From an uncultured bacterium (GTDB lineage: Bacteria > Verrucomicrobiota > Kiritimatiellia > RFP12 > UBA1067): a DNA stretch of 54,299 nt. The notes below the pieces were generated by a model, which worked only from the letters and a program-made list of their open reading frames with translations, ran no database searches and was not told where the DNA came from. Numbering within the stretch: position 1 is the stretch's first letter; every line of letters starts with the position of its first letter. A program made the position numbers and the translations under genes. Shown piece by piece: positions 9,160 through 16,253 of the stretch. The stretch lies in contig CADAKF010000014.1 of the NCBI GenBank assembly GCA_902788415.1, positions 1-54,299 on the forward strand, written 5' to 3'.

Positions 9160-9636
9160 ATGGCAAAGAAGGTCAAGGATCCGCGTCCGAGCTGGGACGA
9201 ATACTTCATGGACATCGCGGCGGTCGTCGCGAAAAGATCCAATTGCTCGCGTCGCTCGGTCGGCGCCGTGATCGAACGCAACCACCACATTCTCTCCGCT
9301 GGCTACAACGGCACTCCGAAGGGCGTGAAGAACTGCTTCGAGGGTGGCTGTCCGCGTTGTGCCGGGAAGGTGAAGAGCGGCACACATCTCGACGAGTGCC
9401 TCTGCACGCACGCCGAGCAGAACGCGATTTGCCAGGCCGCGTGCTACGGGTTGCCGATCGACGGCTCAACCATTTATGTCACAATCTCGCCGTGCCTTAC
9501 CTGTGCGAAGCTGATTATCAACGCGGGCATCAAGGAGGTCGTCTACGGCGGCGACTACGCCTTTCTCGACACGGTCAAGAAGATGTTCAAGGCGGCCGGC
9601 GTAAGACACCGGAAGTACAGAAGTTTGAAGGTTTGA
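9160..9636 (+). CDS. dCMP deaminase (ComEB-type)
   Basis: 'SWDEYFM', 'HAEQNA' and 'PCLTCAKLI' zinc-binding deaminase motifs. The stop lies inside the octamer array. Confidence 0.85.
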   Translation: MAKKVKDPRPSWDEYFMDIAAVVAKRSNCSRRSVGAVIERNHHILSAGYNGTPKGVKNCFEGGCPRCAGKVKSGTHLDECLCTHAEQNAICQAACYGLPIDGSTIYVTISPCLTCAKLIINAGIKEVVYGGDYAFLDTVKKMFKAAGVRHRKYRSLKV

Positions 9637-9706
9637 AAGTTTGAGAGTTTGAAAGTTTGAGAGTTTGAAAGTTTGAAGGTTTGAAAGTTTGAGAGTTTGA
9701 AAGTTC
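9623..9706 (+). repeat. 8-bp tandem array GTTTGARR x10.5
   Basis: Read directly. Spans the cdd stop and the cdd-tpiA spacer. Confidence 0.95.
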
Positions 9707-9728
9707 AATACAAGCAAAGGAAAACAAA

Positions 9729-10493
9729 ATGAGCAGGAAGAAAATCATTGCTGGTAACTGGAAGATGAACGTGAAGCCGTCCGAGACCGCGGCTCTCATC
9801 AAGGCCGTCGCCGAGGCGACGGCGCAGTTCGGCGACAAGGTCGAGATCGTGTGCTGCACGCCTGCGATCGACGTCCCGGCCGCCGTTGCGGCCGCCGCGG
9901 GCACGAAGGTCGGCGTCGGCACGGAGAACTGCCACTGGGAGGATCACGGCGCGTTCACCGGCGAGATCTCGACGGGCATGATCGTCGATGCGGGCGCGAA
10001 GTACGTCATCACCGGCCACAGCGAGCGTCGCCAGTACTTCGGCGAGACGGACGAGACGGTCAACAAGCGCACGCGCGCCGCGATCGCCGCGGGCCTCACC
10101 TGCATGATGTGCGTCGGCGAGACGCTCGACGAGCGCGAAGCCGGCAAGCTCAACGAGGTGATCGAGCGTCAGATGAACGTCGGCCTCAAGGACGTGACGG
10201 CGGCGGACTGCGCCAAGCTCGTCATCGCCTACGAGCCCGTGTGGGCCATCGGCACCGGCAAGACCGCGACGCCCGACCAGGCGCAGGAGGTCCACGCGCT
10301 CATCCGCGCGACTCTCGCGAAGCTCGTCGGCGCGGAGACGGCCGAGACCGTGCGCATCCAGTACGGTGGCTCCATGAAACCAGGCAACGCGGCGGAGCTC
10401 CTCGCGAAGAAGGACATTGATGGCGGCCTCATCGGTGGCGCGGCGCTCAAGGCCGAGGACTTCGCCGGAATCATCGCGGCGGCGGCCAAGTAA
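9729..10493 (+). CDS. tpiA: Triosephosphate isomerase
   Basis: 'AGNWKMN', 'GHSERR', 'AYEPVWAIGTGKTA', 'YGGS'. Confidence 0.95.
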   Translation: MSRKKIIAGNWKMNVKPSETAALIKAVAEATAQFGDKVEIVCCTPAIDVPAAVAAAAGTKVGVGTENCHWEDHGAFTGEISTGMIVDAGAKYVITGHSERRQYFGETDETVNKRTRAAIAAGLTCMMCVGETLDEREAGKLNEVIERQMNVGLKDVTAADCAKLVIAYEPVWAIGTGKTATPDQAQEVHALIRATLAKLVGAETAETVRIQYGGSMKPGNAAELLAKKDIDGGLIGGAALKAEDFAGIIAAAAK

Positions 10494-10530
10494 GCTGTTA
10501 GCTGTTAGCGGTTAGCTATTAGCGGTTGGC
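10494..10530 (+). repeat. 7-bp tandem array (GCTGTTA-type heptads x5), single arm
   Basis: gctgtta gctgtta gcggtta gctatta gcggttg, immediately after the tpiA stop. Confidence 0.9.
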
Positions 10531-10545
10531 GTGAAGAGGAGTTGT

Positions 10546-11178
10546 ATGCGATATTCGATTATTCGATTATTCGATTATTCGATTATTTCTCTCGCGCTTT
10601 GCGCGACGGGCTGCTTCAACGAGCCGGAGCCGGCGTACAAGTCGGTTCCGGCCGAGAACCGCGTCTATCTGAGTGACAAGGGACTAAAGGACCTTAAGTC
10701 TTGCGCTGCGCTTAGAAGCGGAAAGGATTCCGCTTCCCCCCTCGGGATGGATTACCTCAACCTCGACCGCAACCAGCTGACGAACGTCGATGCGGTTGCG
10801 AAGCTTGAGGGGCTCAAGTGGCTGCGGCTCAACGACAACAGGTTGTCCGCGCTGCCGGACCTGAAGGGACTCGTCAACCTCCGTCGCATCTACCTGAAGA
10901 ACAACGGCTTCAAGGCGGTGCCGGAGACGTTGAAGGACCTGCCGGCCCTGACCGACATCGACCTTTCGGGCAATCCGCTCAAGGAGGTGCCGGCGTGGCT
11001 CGCGGAGAAGAAGGGGCTCAAGAACCTTTCCTTCTCGCGGACGCAGGTCTCGAAGCTTCCGGAGAATCTTGAGGCGTGGAAGTCGCTCCAGTCGCTCCAG
11101 CTCGGGGACTTGAACATCTCCGCGGCGGAAATGGCGCGAATAAGAAAAGCGCTCCCAAATGTCGCAATCGTCTTCTAA
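10546..11178 (+). CDS. Leucine-rich-repeat lipoprotein
   Basis: Lipobox-like 'SLALCATGC' followed by repeated LxxLxLxxNxL units. GAGGAG lies upstream of ATG 10546. Confidence 0.7.
   Translation: MRYSIIRLFDYSIISLALCATGCFNEPEPAYKSVPAENRVYLSDKGLKDLKSCAALRSGKDSASPLGMDYLNLDRNQLTNVDAVAKLEGLKWLRLNDNRLSALPDLKGLVNLRRIYLKNNGFKAVPETLKDLPALTDIDLSGNPLKEVPAWLAEKKGLKNLSFSRTQVSKLPENLEAWKSLQSLQLGDLNISAAEMARIRKALPNVAIVF
10553..10588 (+). repeat. 8-bp tandem repeat ATTCGATT x4.5 inside the signal-peptide coding region
   Basis: Read directly; encodes 'YSIIRLFDYSII'. Confidence 0.95.
10699..10743 (+). repeat. Full copy of the palindromic in-frame element
   Basis: tcttgcgctgcgcttagaagcggaaaggattccgcttcccccctc; translated 'SCAALRSGKDSASPL'. 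Confidence 0.9.
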
Positions 11179-12562
11179 CAACCTCGAAGAGCTGGCGTCC
11201 GGTAAACTCGGACGCCTTCTTCTTAAGTACTCATGGCCGGCGCTCGTGGCGATGAGCCTCAATGCGCTCTATGCTGTCGTCGACCGGTTCTACATCGGAC
11301 AGGGCTGCGGCGAGGCGGCGATGGCGGGTCTCACGCTGACCTTTCCAGTCATGATGCTCTTCGGGGCGTTCGGCGTCTTCGTCGGCGCGGGGCATGCCTC
11401 GGTCCTCTCTATCAAGCTCGGTGAGAACGATTTCGTCAGCTGCGAGAGGATCGTGGGCGAGCTGATTGCGCTGAAGCTGCTTTTCTTCTTCGTCCTGCCG
11501 CCACTCGTCTTCTTCAACGTCGACACGGTGCTCAACTGGTGCGGCGGAGCGAAGGTCTCCGCCGAGGCGTTTGCCGCGGCGCGGGTGTACCTGAAGATCG
11601 TTGTCTTCTCGCACATCTTCTCGCATCTTGCGTTCGGGCTTTCGGCGCTGACGCGCGCGGAAGGGGGTGCGGTGAAGTCGATGATGTCGCTCGCCGTGGG
11701 CTTCGGCGTGAACCTCGTCCTCGATCCGATCTTCATCTTCGGGTTCGGGATGGGCATCGAGGGCGCGGCGTGGGCGACGGTCATCGCGATGGCGGCGAGC
11801 TTTCTCTGGGCGCTTCGCTACTATCTCAACGGCGGGACGGTGGTGTTGCTCCGCTGGTGGCGGATCGGCTTCTACCGCGATCTCCTGTGGCGGACGACGG
11901 CTATCGGCTTCGCGCCGTTCCTGCAGAATCTCCTCGGCGCGGCGATCAACGTCTCGCTTGCGACGGCGTTTGCGCACTGGGCGGCGGATGAGCAAACCGC
12001 GACGACGCAGATCGCGTCGCTTGGTGTCTTCCAGAGCGTAATGATCCTGACGATCATGCCCGTCATGGGCGCGCAACAGGGGCTGCAGCCGATCTTCGGG
12101 TACAACTGGGGGGCGCGGAACTACCGCCGCGTGAAGGATACGCTCGTCCTCGGCTATTGGGTGACGACGGCGCTTTGCGTTCTTGCCTGTGCGGTGCAGG
12201 TTGTTCCGCCGTTTCCGCGGCTTCTCGCGTCGATGTTCGTCGCCTCGGACAATCCGGCGCTCCTTGGCATTGCCGCGCACGACCTCACGGTCTCCAACTG
12301 CATGATCTGGATGATCGGCATCAACGTGGTGGCGACGACGTACTTCCAGTCCATCGGACATCCGCTCACGGCGGTCGTCCTGTCGACGCTACGGCAGGGC
12401 GTCATCCTCATTCCCTGTATCTGGATTCTGCCGCATTTCATGTCCGACAAGACGCTGGCGATTTGGCTCGCGCTGCCGATTTCGGACATTCTCTGCCAGC
12501 TGGCGACGATTCCGCCGTTTGTCCTTCATGCCCGTTTTCTCTCCCGTGTCCGCTCCCGCTGA
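11159..12562 (+). CDS. MATE family efflux transporter
   Basis: 467 aa, about 12 TM helices. N-terminus 'LLLKYSWPALVAMSLNALYAVVDRFYIGQ' is typical of MATE. Confidence 0.85.
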   Translation: MSQSSSNNLEELASGKLGRLLLKYSWPALVAMSLNALYAVVDRFYIGQGCGEAAMAGLTLTFPVMMLFGAFGVFVGAGHASVLSIKLGENDFVSCERIVGELIALKLLFFFVLPPLVFFNVDTVLNWCGGAKVSAEAFAAARVYLKIVVFSHIFSHLAFGLSALTRAEGGAVKSMMSLAVGFGVNLVLDPIFIFGFGMGIEGAAWATVIAMAASFLWALRYYLNGGTVVLLRWWRIGFYRDLLWRTTAIGFAPFLQNLLGAAINVSLATAFAHWAADEQTATTQIASLGVFQSVMILTIMPVMGAQQGLQPIFGYNWGARNYRRVKDTLVLGYWVTTALCVLACAVQVVPPFPRLLASMFVASDNPALLGIAAHDLTVSNCMIWMIGINVVATTYFQSIGHPLTAVVLSTLRQGVILIPCIWILPHFMSDKTLAIWLALPISDILCQLATIPPFVLHARFLSRVRSR

Positions 12563-12567
12563 AATTG

Positions 12568-12576
12568 TGATATAAT
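12568..12576 (+). promoter_or_regulatory. Extended -10 TGATATAAT upstream of panB
   Basis: Exact motif; short leader containing GGAG. Confidence 0.5.
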
Positions 12577-12599
12577 CTACGGCAATTGGAGTGGATGAG

Positions 12600-13373
12600 A
12601 TGAAGAAGTGGAATGTAGCGACGGTCAAGGCGGCGAAGGGCGTTCAGAAGCTCGGCTGCTGCACGGCGTATGACGCGTGTTTCGCGCGCCTGGCGGACGA
12701 GGCGGGCGTGCCGATTGTCCTCGTCGGCGATTCGCTCGGCATGAACACGCTCGGCTATGCGACGACCCTGCCCGTCAATATGTCCGACACGCTTGCGGCG
12801 GTCGGCGCAGTCGCGCGGTCCGTGAAGGATGCGATGGTCGTCGGCGACATGCCATTCGGCTCCTATCAGTGCGGCGACGACAAGGCTGTTGAGAATGCGG
12901 TCGCGATCCTCAAGGCGGGCGCGGACGCGGTGAAACTCGAAGGCGGCGCGTCCGTCTGCGGGCTCATCAGGCGCCTCACGTCGGCCGGCATTCCAGTCCT
13001 CGCCCACGTCGGCATGACGCCGCAGAGCGTCAACCAGTACGGCGGCTTCAAGAAGCAGGGCAAGACGCGCGAGCAGGCCGAGCAGGTGCTCTGCGACGCG
13101 AAGGCCGTCGAGGCGGCGGGTGCGTTCGCGGTGACGCTCGAGTGCGTACCATCCGAGCTGGCGGCGGAAATCACGGCGGCCCTCAAGATCGTGACGGTCG
13201 GCATCGGCGCCGGGCCGGTGTGCGACGCGCAGTGGCTCGTGATGCACGACCTCCTCGGACTCAACGAGAAGGTGCCGTCCTTCGTGAAGAAGTACGCCGA
13301 TCTCGCGAAGACGGTCCGCGGCGCATTTGCCGAATATGTGAAGGATGTCCAAACAGGAAAATTTCCCGACTGA
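12600..13373 (+). CDS. panB: 3-methyl-2-oxobutanoate hydroxymethyltransferase
   Basis: 'TAYD', 'VGDSLGM', 'VKLEGG'. The ATG 12600 start gives the canonical 'MKKW..'; the ORF track starts at GTG 12591. Confidence 0.9.
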   Translation: MKKWNVATVKAAKGVQKLGCCTAYDACFARLADEAGVPIVLVGDSLGMNTLGYATTLPVNMSDTLAAVGAVARSVKDAMVVGDMPFGSYQCGDDKAVENAVAILKAGADAVKLEGGASVCGLIRRLTSAGIPVLAHVGMTPQSVNQYGGFKKQGKTREQAEQVLCDAKAVEAAGAFAVTLECVPSELAAEITAALKIVTVGIGAGPVCDAQWLVMHDLLGLNEKVPSFVKKYADLAKTVRGAFAEYVKDVQTGKFPD

Positions 13374-13394
13374 AAAAACGAAAGGAATAAGATC

Positions 13395-13760
13395 ATGAAG
13401 AAACTCATTTGTGCGGCGCTTGTCGCCGGGTCGGTGTGTGCGATGGCCGACGAGGCCAAGTGCGAAAACGGCGTGTGTGCGCTGCCGGGCGTCGCGGCGG
13501 AGGGTAAGATCCAGAAGCCGGCGCGTCCCCAGATGACGCCCGAACAGCGCGCCGAGATAAAGGCGAAGCGCGAAAAGTTCATGGCCGAGCGCAAGGCGGC
13601 GATGGAGGCGAAGAAGCTTGAGATCGTCAAGAAGTACATCGCCGACGAGGAGCAGGCCAAGGCTCTCATCAAGGAGCTTCAGGAGCTCCAGGAGACCATG
13701 CGTCCCGGAATGCGCCGTCCGCCGATGCCGAAGGCCGCGAAGCCGGCGAAAGCCAAGTAA
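13395..13760 (+). CDS. Small secreted Lys/Glu-rich protein (possible Spy/CpxP-like LTxxQ family)
   Basis: Signal peptide 'MKKLICAALVAGSVCAMA', an 'MTPEQRAEI' LTxxQ-like motif and a helical charged body. Confidence 0.35.
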   Translation: MKKLICAALVAGSVCAMADEAKCENGVCALPGVAAEGKIQKPARPQMTPEQRAEIKAKREKFMAERKAAMEAKKLEIVKKYIADEEQAKALIKELQELQETMRPGMRRPPMPKAAKPAKAK

Positions 13761-13763
13761 CGG

Positions 13764-14954
13764 ATGAAGGCGAAGACGTTCATCGACCAGGTCGAGGTTC
13801 TCGTCCGCTCCGGCAAGGGCGGCGACGGATCCTGTTCCATGCGCCGCGAGGCCCTCGTCATCATGGGCGGGCCGGACGGCGGAGACGGCGGCCGGGGCGG
13901 TGACGTCGTCTTCAAGGCGTCGGAACACGTCAACTCGCTCCTTTCGCTCTACTACGACCCGAAGTGCTTCGCGCAGGACGGCGAGCCGGGCAAGGGGCAG
14001 AAGATGTTCGGCAAGCGCGGCAAGGATCTTGTCATCCCCGTGCCGCTCGGAACCGAGGTTTACGACGCCGACACGGACCTTCTCATTGCGGACATCACCG
14101 AGCCGGGCCAGTCGGCCGTCGTCGCGAAGGGCGGCGCCGGCGGGTTCGGCAATGTCCACTTCAAGAGCTCCGTCAACCAGGCGCCGACCGAGCACACGCC
14201 CGGCGGCCCCGCGGAGGAGAAGCGCGTCCGTCTGGAGCTGAAGACCATTGCGGACGCGGGTCTTCTCGGCTTTCCGAACGCAGGCAAAAGCTCGCTCCTG
14301 TCGGTCTTGTCGTCCGCGACGCCGAAGATCGCGTCCTATCCCTTTACGACGCTGAATCCCGTCGTCGGCACGATTGTCTACGACGACTACGCGAAGATTC
14401 GCATGGCGGACGTCCCGGGCATCATCGAGGGCGCCGCGAAGGGCGTCGGGCTCGGCCTTGCGTTTCTGAAGCACCTCGAACGTTCGAAAGTGCTCGTCTA
14501 CGTCATTGATATGGCGGGAACGGACAACCGCGAGCCGTGGACGGACTACGAGATCCTGAAGAAGGAGATCTCCGAGTATTCCGTCGAGCTCGCAGAACGT
14601 CCCCATCTCATTGTCGCCAACAAGATGGATACGCCGGAAGCGCAGGAAAACCTGCCGCGGTTTGTGAAAGAGACCGGAATACGGCCGATTGAGGTTTCTT
14701 GCGCTTCGCTTGCAAGCGGAAAGGATTCCGCTTCTCCACTGCGGGACGGCTTGGATGTATTCAAGGACGAACTTCGGAAGATCGTCCAGCCGAAGACGAA
14801 GTTCCACCATACGCATGCCGAGACGCCGGACCTGAAGGACATGCCGGACACGTCGGGGGACGAGCTGCCGCCGGGCGCGCTCAAGTTCGCGACTTTCCTC
14901 AAGCTCGAAAAGCCGAAGGAAAAGACCCATCCCTCCCGCGGAAACATCCACTAA
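13764..14954 (+). CDS. obg: GTPase Obg/CgtA
   Basis: 'GKGGDG', 'GGDGGRGG', 'GFPNAGKSSLL', 'DVPGIIEGA', 'NKMD'. Confidence 0.95.
   Translation: MKAKTFIDQVEVLVRSGKGGDGSCSMRREALVIMGGPDGGDGGRGGDVVFKASEHVNSLLSLYYDPKCFAQDGEPGKGQKMFGKRGKDLVIPVPLGTEVYDADTDLLIADITEPGQSAVVAKGGAGGFGNVHFKSSVNQAPTEHTPGGPAEEKRVRLELKTIADAGLLGFPNAGKSSLLSVLSSATPKIASYPFTTLNPVVGTIVYDDYAKIRMADVPGIIEGAAKGVGLGLAFLKHLERSKVLVYVIDMAGTDNREPWTDYEILKKEISEYSVELAERPHLIVANKMDTPEAQENLPRFVKETGIRPIEVSCASLASGKDSASPLRDGLDVFKDELRKIVQPKTKFHHTHAETPDLKDMPDTSGDELPPGALKFATFLKLEKPKEKTHPSRGNIH
14697..14740 (+). repeat. Full copy of the palindromic in-frame element (in obg)
   Basis: tcttgcgcttcgcttgcaagcggaaaggattccgcttctccact; translated 'SCASLASGKDSASPL'. 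Confidence 0.9.
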
Positions 14955-14985
14955 CCGAGGGCGGTTGCATTCGGGCCGTCGGTTA

Positions 14986-14994
14986 TGATATAAT
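14986..14994 (+). promoter_or_regulatory. Extended -10 TGATATAAT upstream of rpmE (leader of about 25 nt with SD)
   Basis: Exact motif. Confidence 0.5.
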
Positions 14995-15026
14995 ACGCAA
15001 ACAATTTCGAAAGGGAAAGAAGAATC

Positions 15027-15236
15027 ATGAAGAAGGACATCCATCCGAAGTACGAGGACGCGACCATCACCTGCGCGTGCGGCAACGTTATCCACACCCG
15101 TTCCACGAAGAAGGAGATGACGGTCAACAGCTGCTCCGCGTGCCATCCCTACTTCACCGGCGCCAAGACCATGGTCGACACCGAAGGCCGCGTCGACTCC
15201 TTCAAGAAGCGCTACGCGAAGTTTGCGAAGAAATAA
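15027..15236 (+). CDS. rpmE: 50S ribosomal protein L31
   Basis: 'MKKDIHPKY' and 'CSACHPYFTG'. Confidence 0.95.
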   Translation: MKKDIHPKYEDATITCACGNVIHTRSTKKEMTVNSCSACHPYFTGAKTMVDTEGRVDSFKKRYAKFAKK

Positions 15237-15239
15237 GCT

Positions 15240-16253
15240 TTGGTCGACAAAGACCAGATTGAGAACGTCCTGGGTCGCCTCTCCGCCGTCGAAGCGGAAC
15301 TCGGCGACCCGATTGTTTTGCAGAACCGCAAACGCTATCGCGCGGTTCTCGCCGACTACTCGTTTCTCAAGAAGCTCGACAGCGCATGGACGATGTACCA
15401 GCTTGCGGTGGACGACGGGCAGGATGAGGAGCTCATCAGGACAAGCGAGCGCGACGTCACCGCAGCGCTTTTGAAACCCGACCCCTTCGAATTGCGCAAT
15501 GCCGTCATGGAGATCCGCGCGGGGACGGGCGGCGAGGAGGCGGCGCTGTTCGCCGGCGATCTCTTCCGCATGTATTCGCGCTTCTGCGAGGCGAAGGGCT
15601 GGAGGATTTCGGTCATGCATTCGAATCCGACCTCGCTCGACGGCTACAAGGAGATCGTCTTCACGGTGGTCGGCGAAGGCGCCTACGGCACGTTCCGGTT
15701 CGAGTCGGGCGCCCATCGCGTCCAACGCGTTCCCGAGACCGAGGCGCAGGGGCGTATCCACACGTCCGCAGCGACGGTCATCGTCTTTCCCGAGGCGGAC
15801 GAGGATGACGAGCTCGAGATCCCCGAAAAGGACATCCGCATCGACCTCTTCTGCGCCGGCGGCGCGGGCGGGCAGCACGTCAACAAGACGGAGTCGGCTG
15901 TCCGCATGACGCACTTGCCAACTGGGCTTGTCGCCGTCTGCCAGGACGAGCGCAGCCAGATTCGCAACCGCGAGAAGTGCCTGGCGACCCTGAAGGCGCG
16001 CATCCTTGACTTCAAGCGCCGCGAGGAGGAGGCGAAGGTCGGGGCAGACCGCCTGACGCTGCGCGGCAGTGGCGACCGCTCGGAGAAGATTCGCACCTAC
16101 AACTTTCCGCAGAACCGCATGACGGACCACCGCATCGGCCTTACGCTCTATGCGCTTGACCGCATCGTCGACGGCGAGATGGGGCCGCTGCTCGACGCCC
16201 TCCGCACGCACGACCTCGATGAGCGCATCAAGTCTGCGCTCTCAGGCAAGTAA
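15240..16253 (+). CDS. prfA: Peptide chain release factor 1
   Basis: GGQ motif 'GGQHVNKTESAV' and the RF1-type P-x-T tripeptide ('PET'). TTG start. Confidence 0.9.
   Translation: MVDKDQIENVLGRLSAVEAELGDPIVLQNRKRYRAVLADYSFLKKLDSAWTMYQLAVDDGQDEELIRTSERDVTAALLKPDPFELRNAVMEIRAGTGGEEAALFAGDLFRMYSRFCEAKGWRISVMHSNPTSLDGYKEIVFTVVGEGAYGTFRFESGAHRVQRVPETEAQGRIHTSAATVIVFPEADEDDELEIPEKDIRIDLFCAGGAGGQHVNKTESAVRMTHLPTGLVAVCQDERSQIRNREKCLATLKARILDFKRREEEAKVGADRLTLRGSGDRSEKIRTYNFPQNRMTDHRIGLTLYALDRIVDGEMGPLLDALRTHDLDERIKSALSGK

Noticed and set aside
9623-9706. Possible CRISPR array (also considered for the heptad arrays at 24328, 50551 and 51380)
   Set aside because: The units are 7-8 bp and contiguous with no spacers, and no cas genes are present. 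These are simple tandem or inverted arrays, not CRISPR.
9466-9717. 83-aa - strand ORF 'MLVLNFQTLKLSNLQTFKLSNFQTLKLSNLQT..'; a related ORF lies at 9587-9922
   Set aside because: It is simply the translation of the GTTTGARR octamer array, with no start context. It overlaps the 3' end of cdd and the 5' end of tpiA.
12438-16211. 1257-aa ORF on the - strand
   Set aside because: It is antisense to panB, obg, rpmE and prfA, all of which have unmistakable motifs. The product is Arg/Ala/Leu/Asp-rich low-complexity sequence, typical of stop-free antisense frames in high-GC DNA.
15240-16253. prfA seems about 15-20 residues shorter than the E. coli protein in the domain-1 linker
   Set aside because: The frame is continuous and the functional motifs are intact, so this is probably lineage variation.
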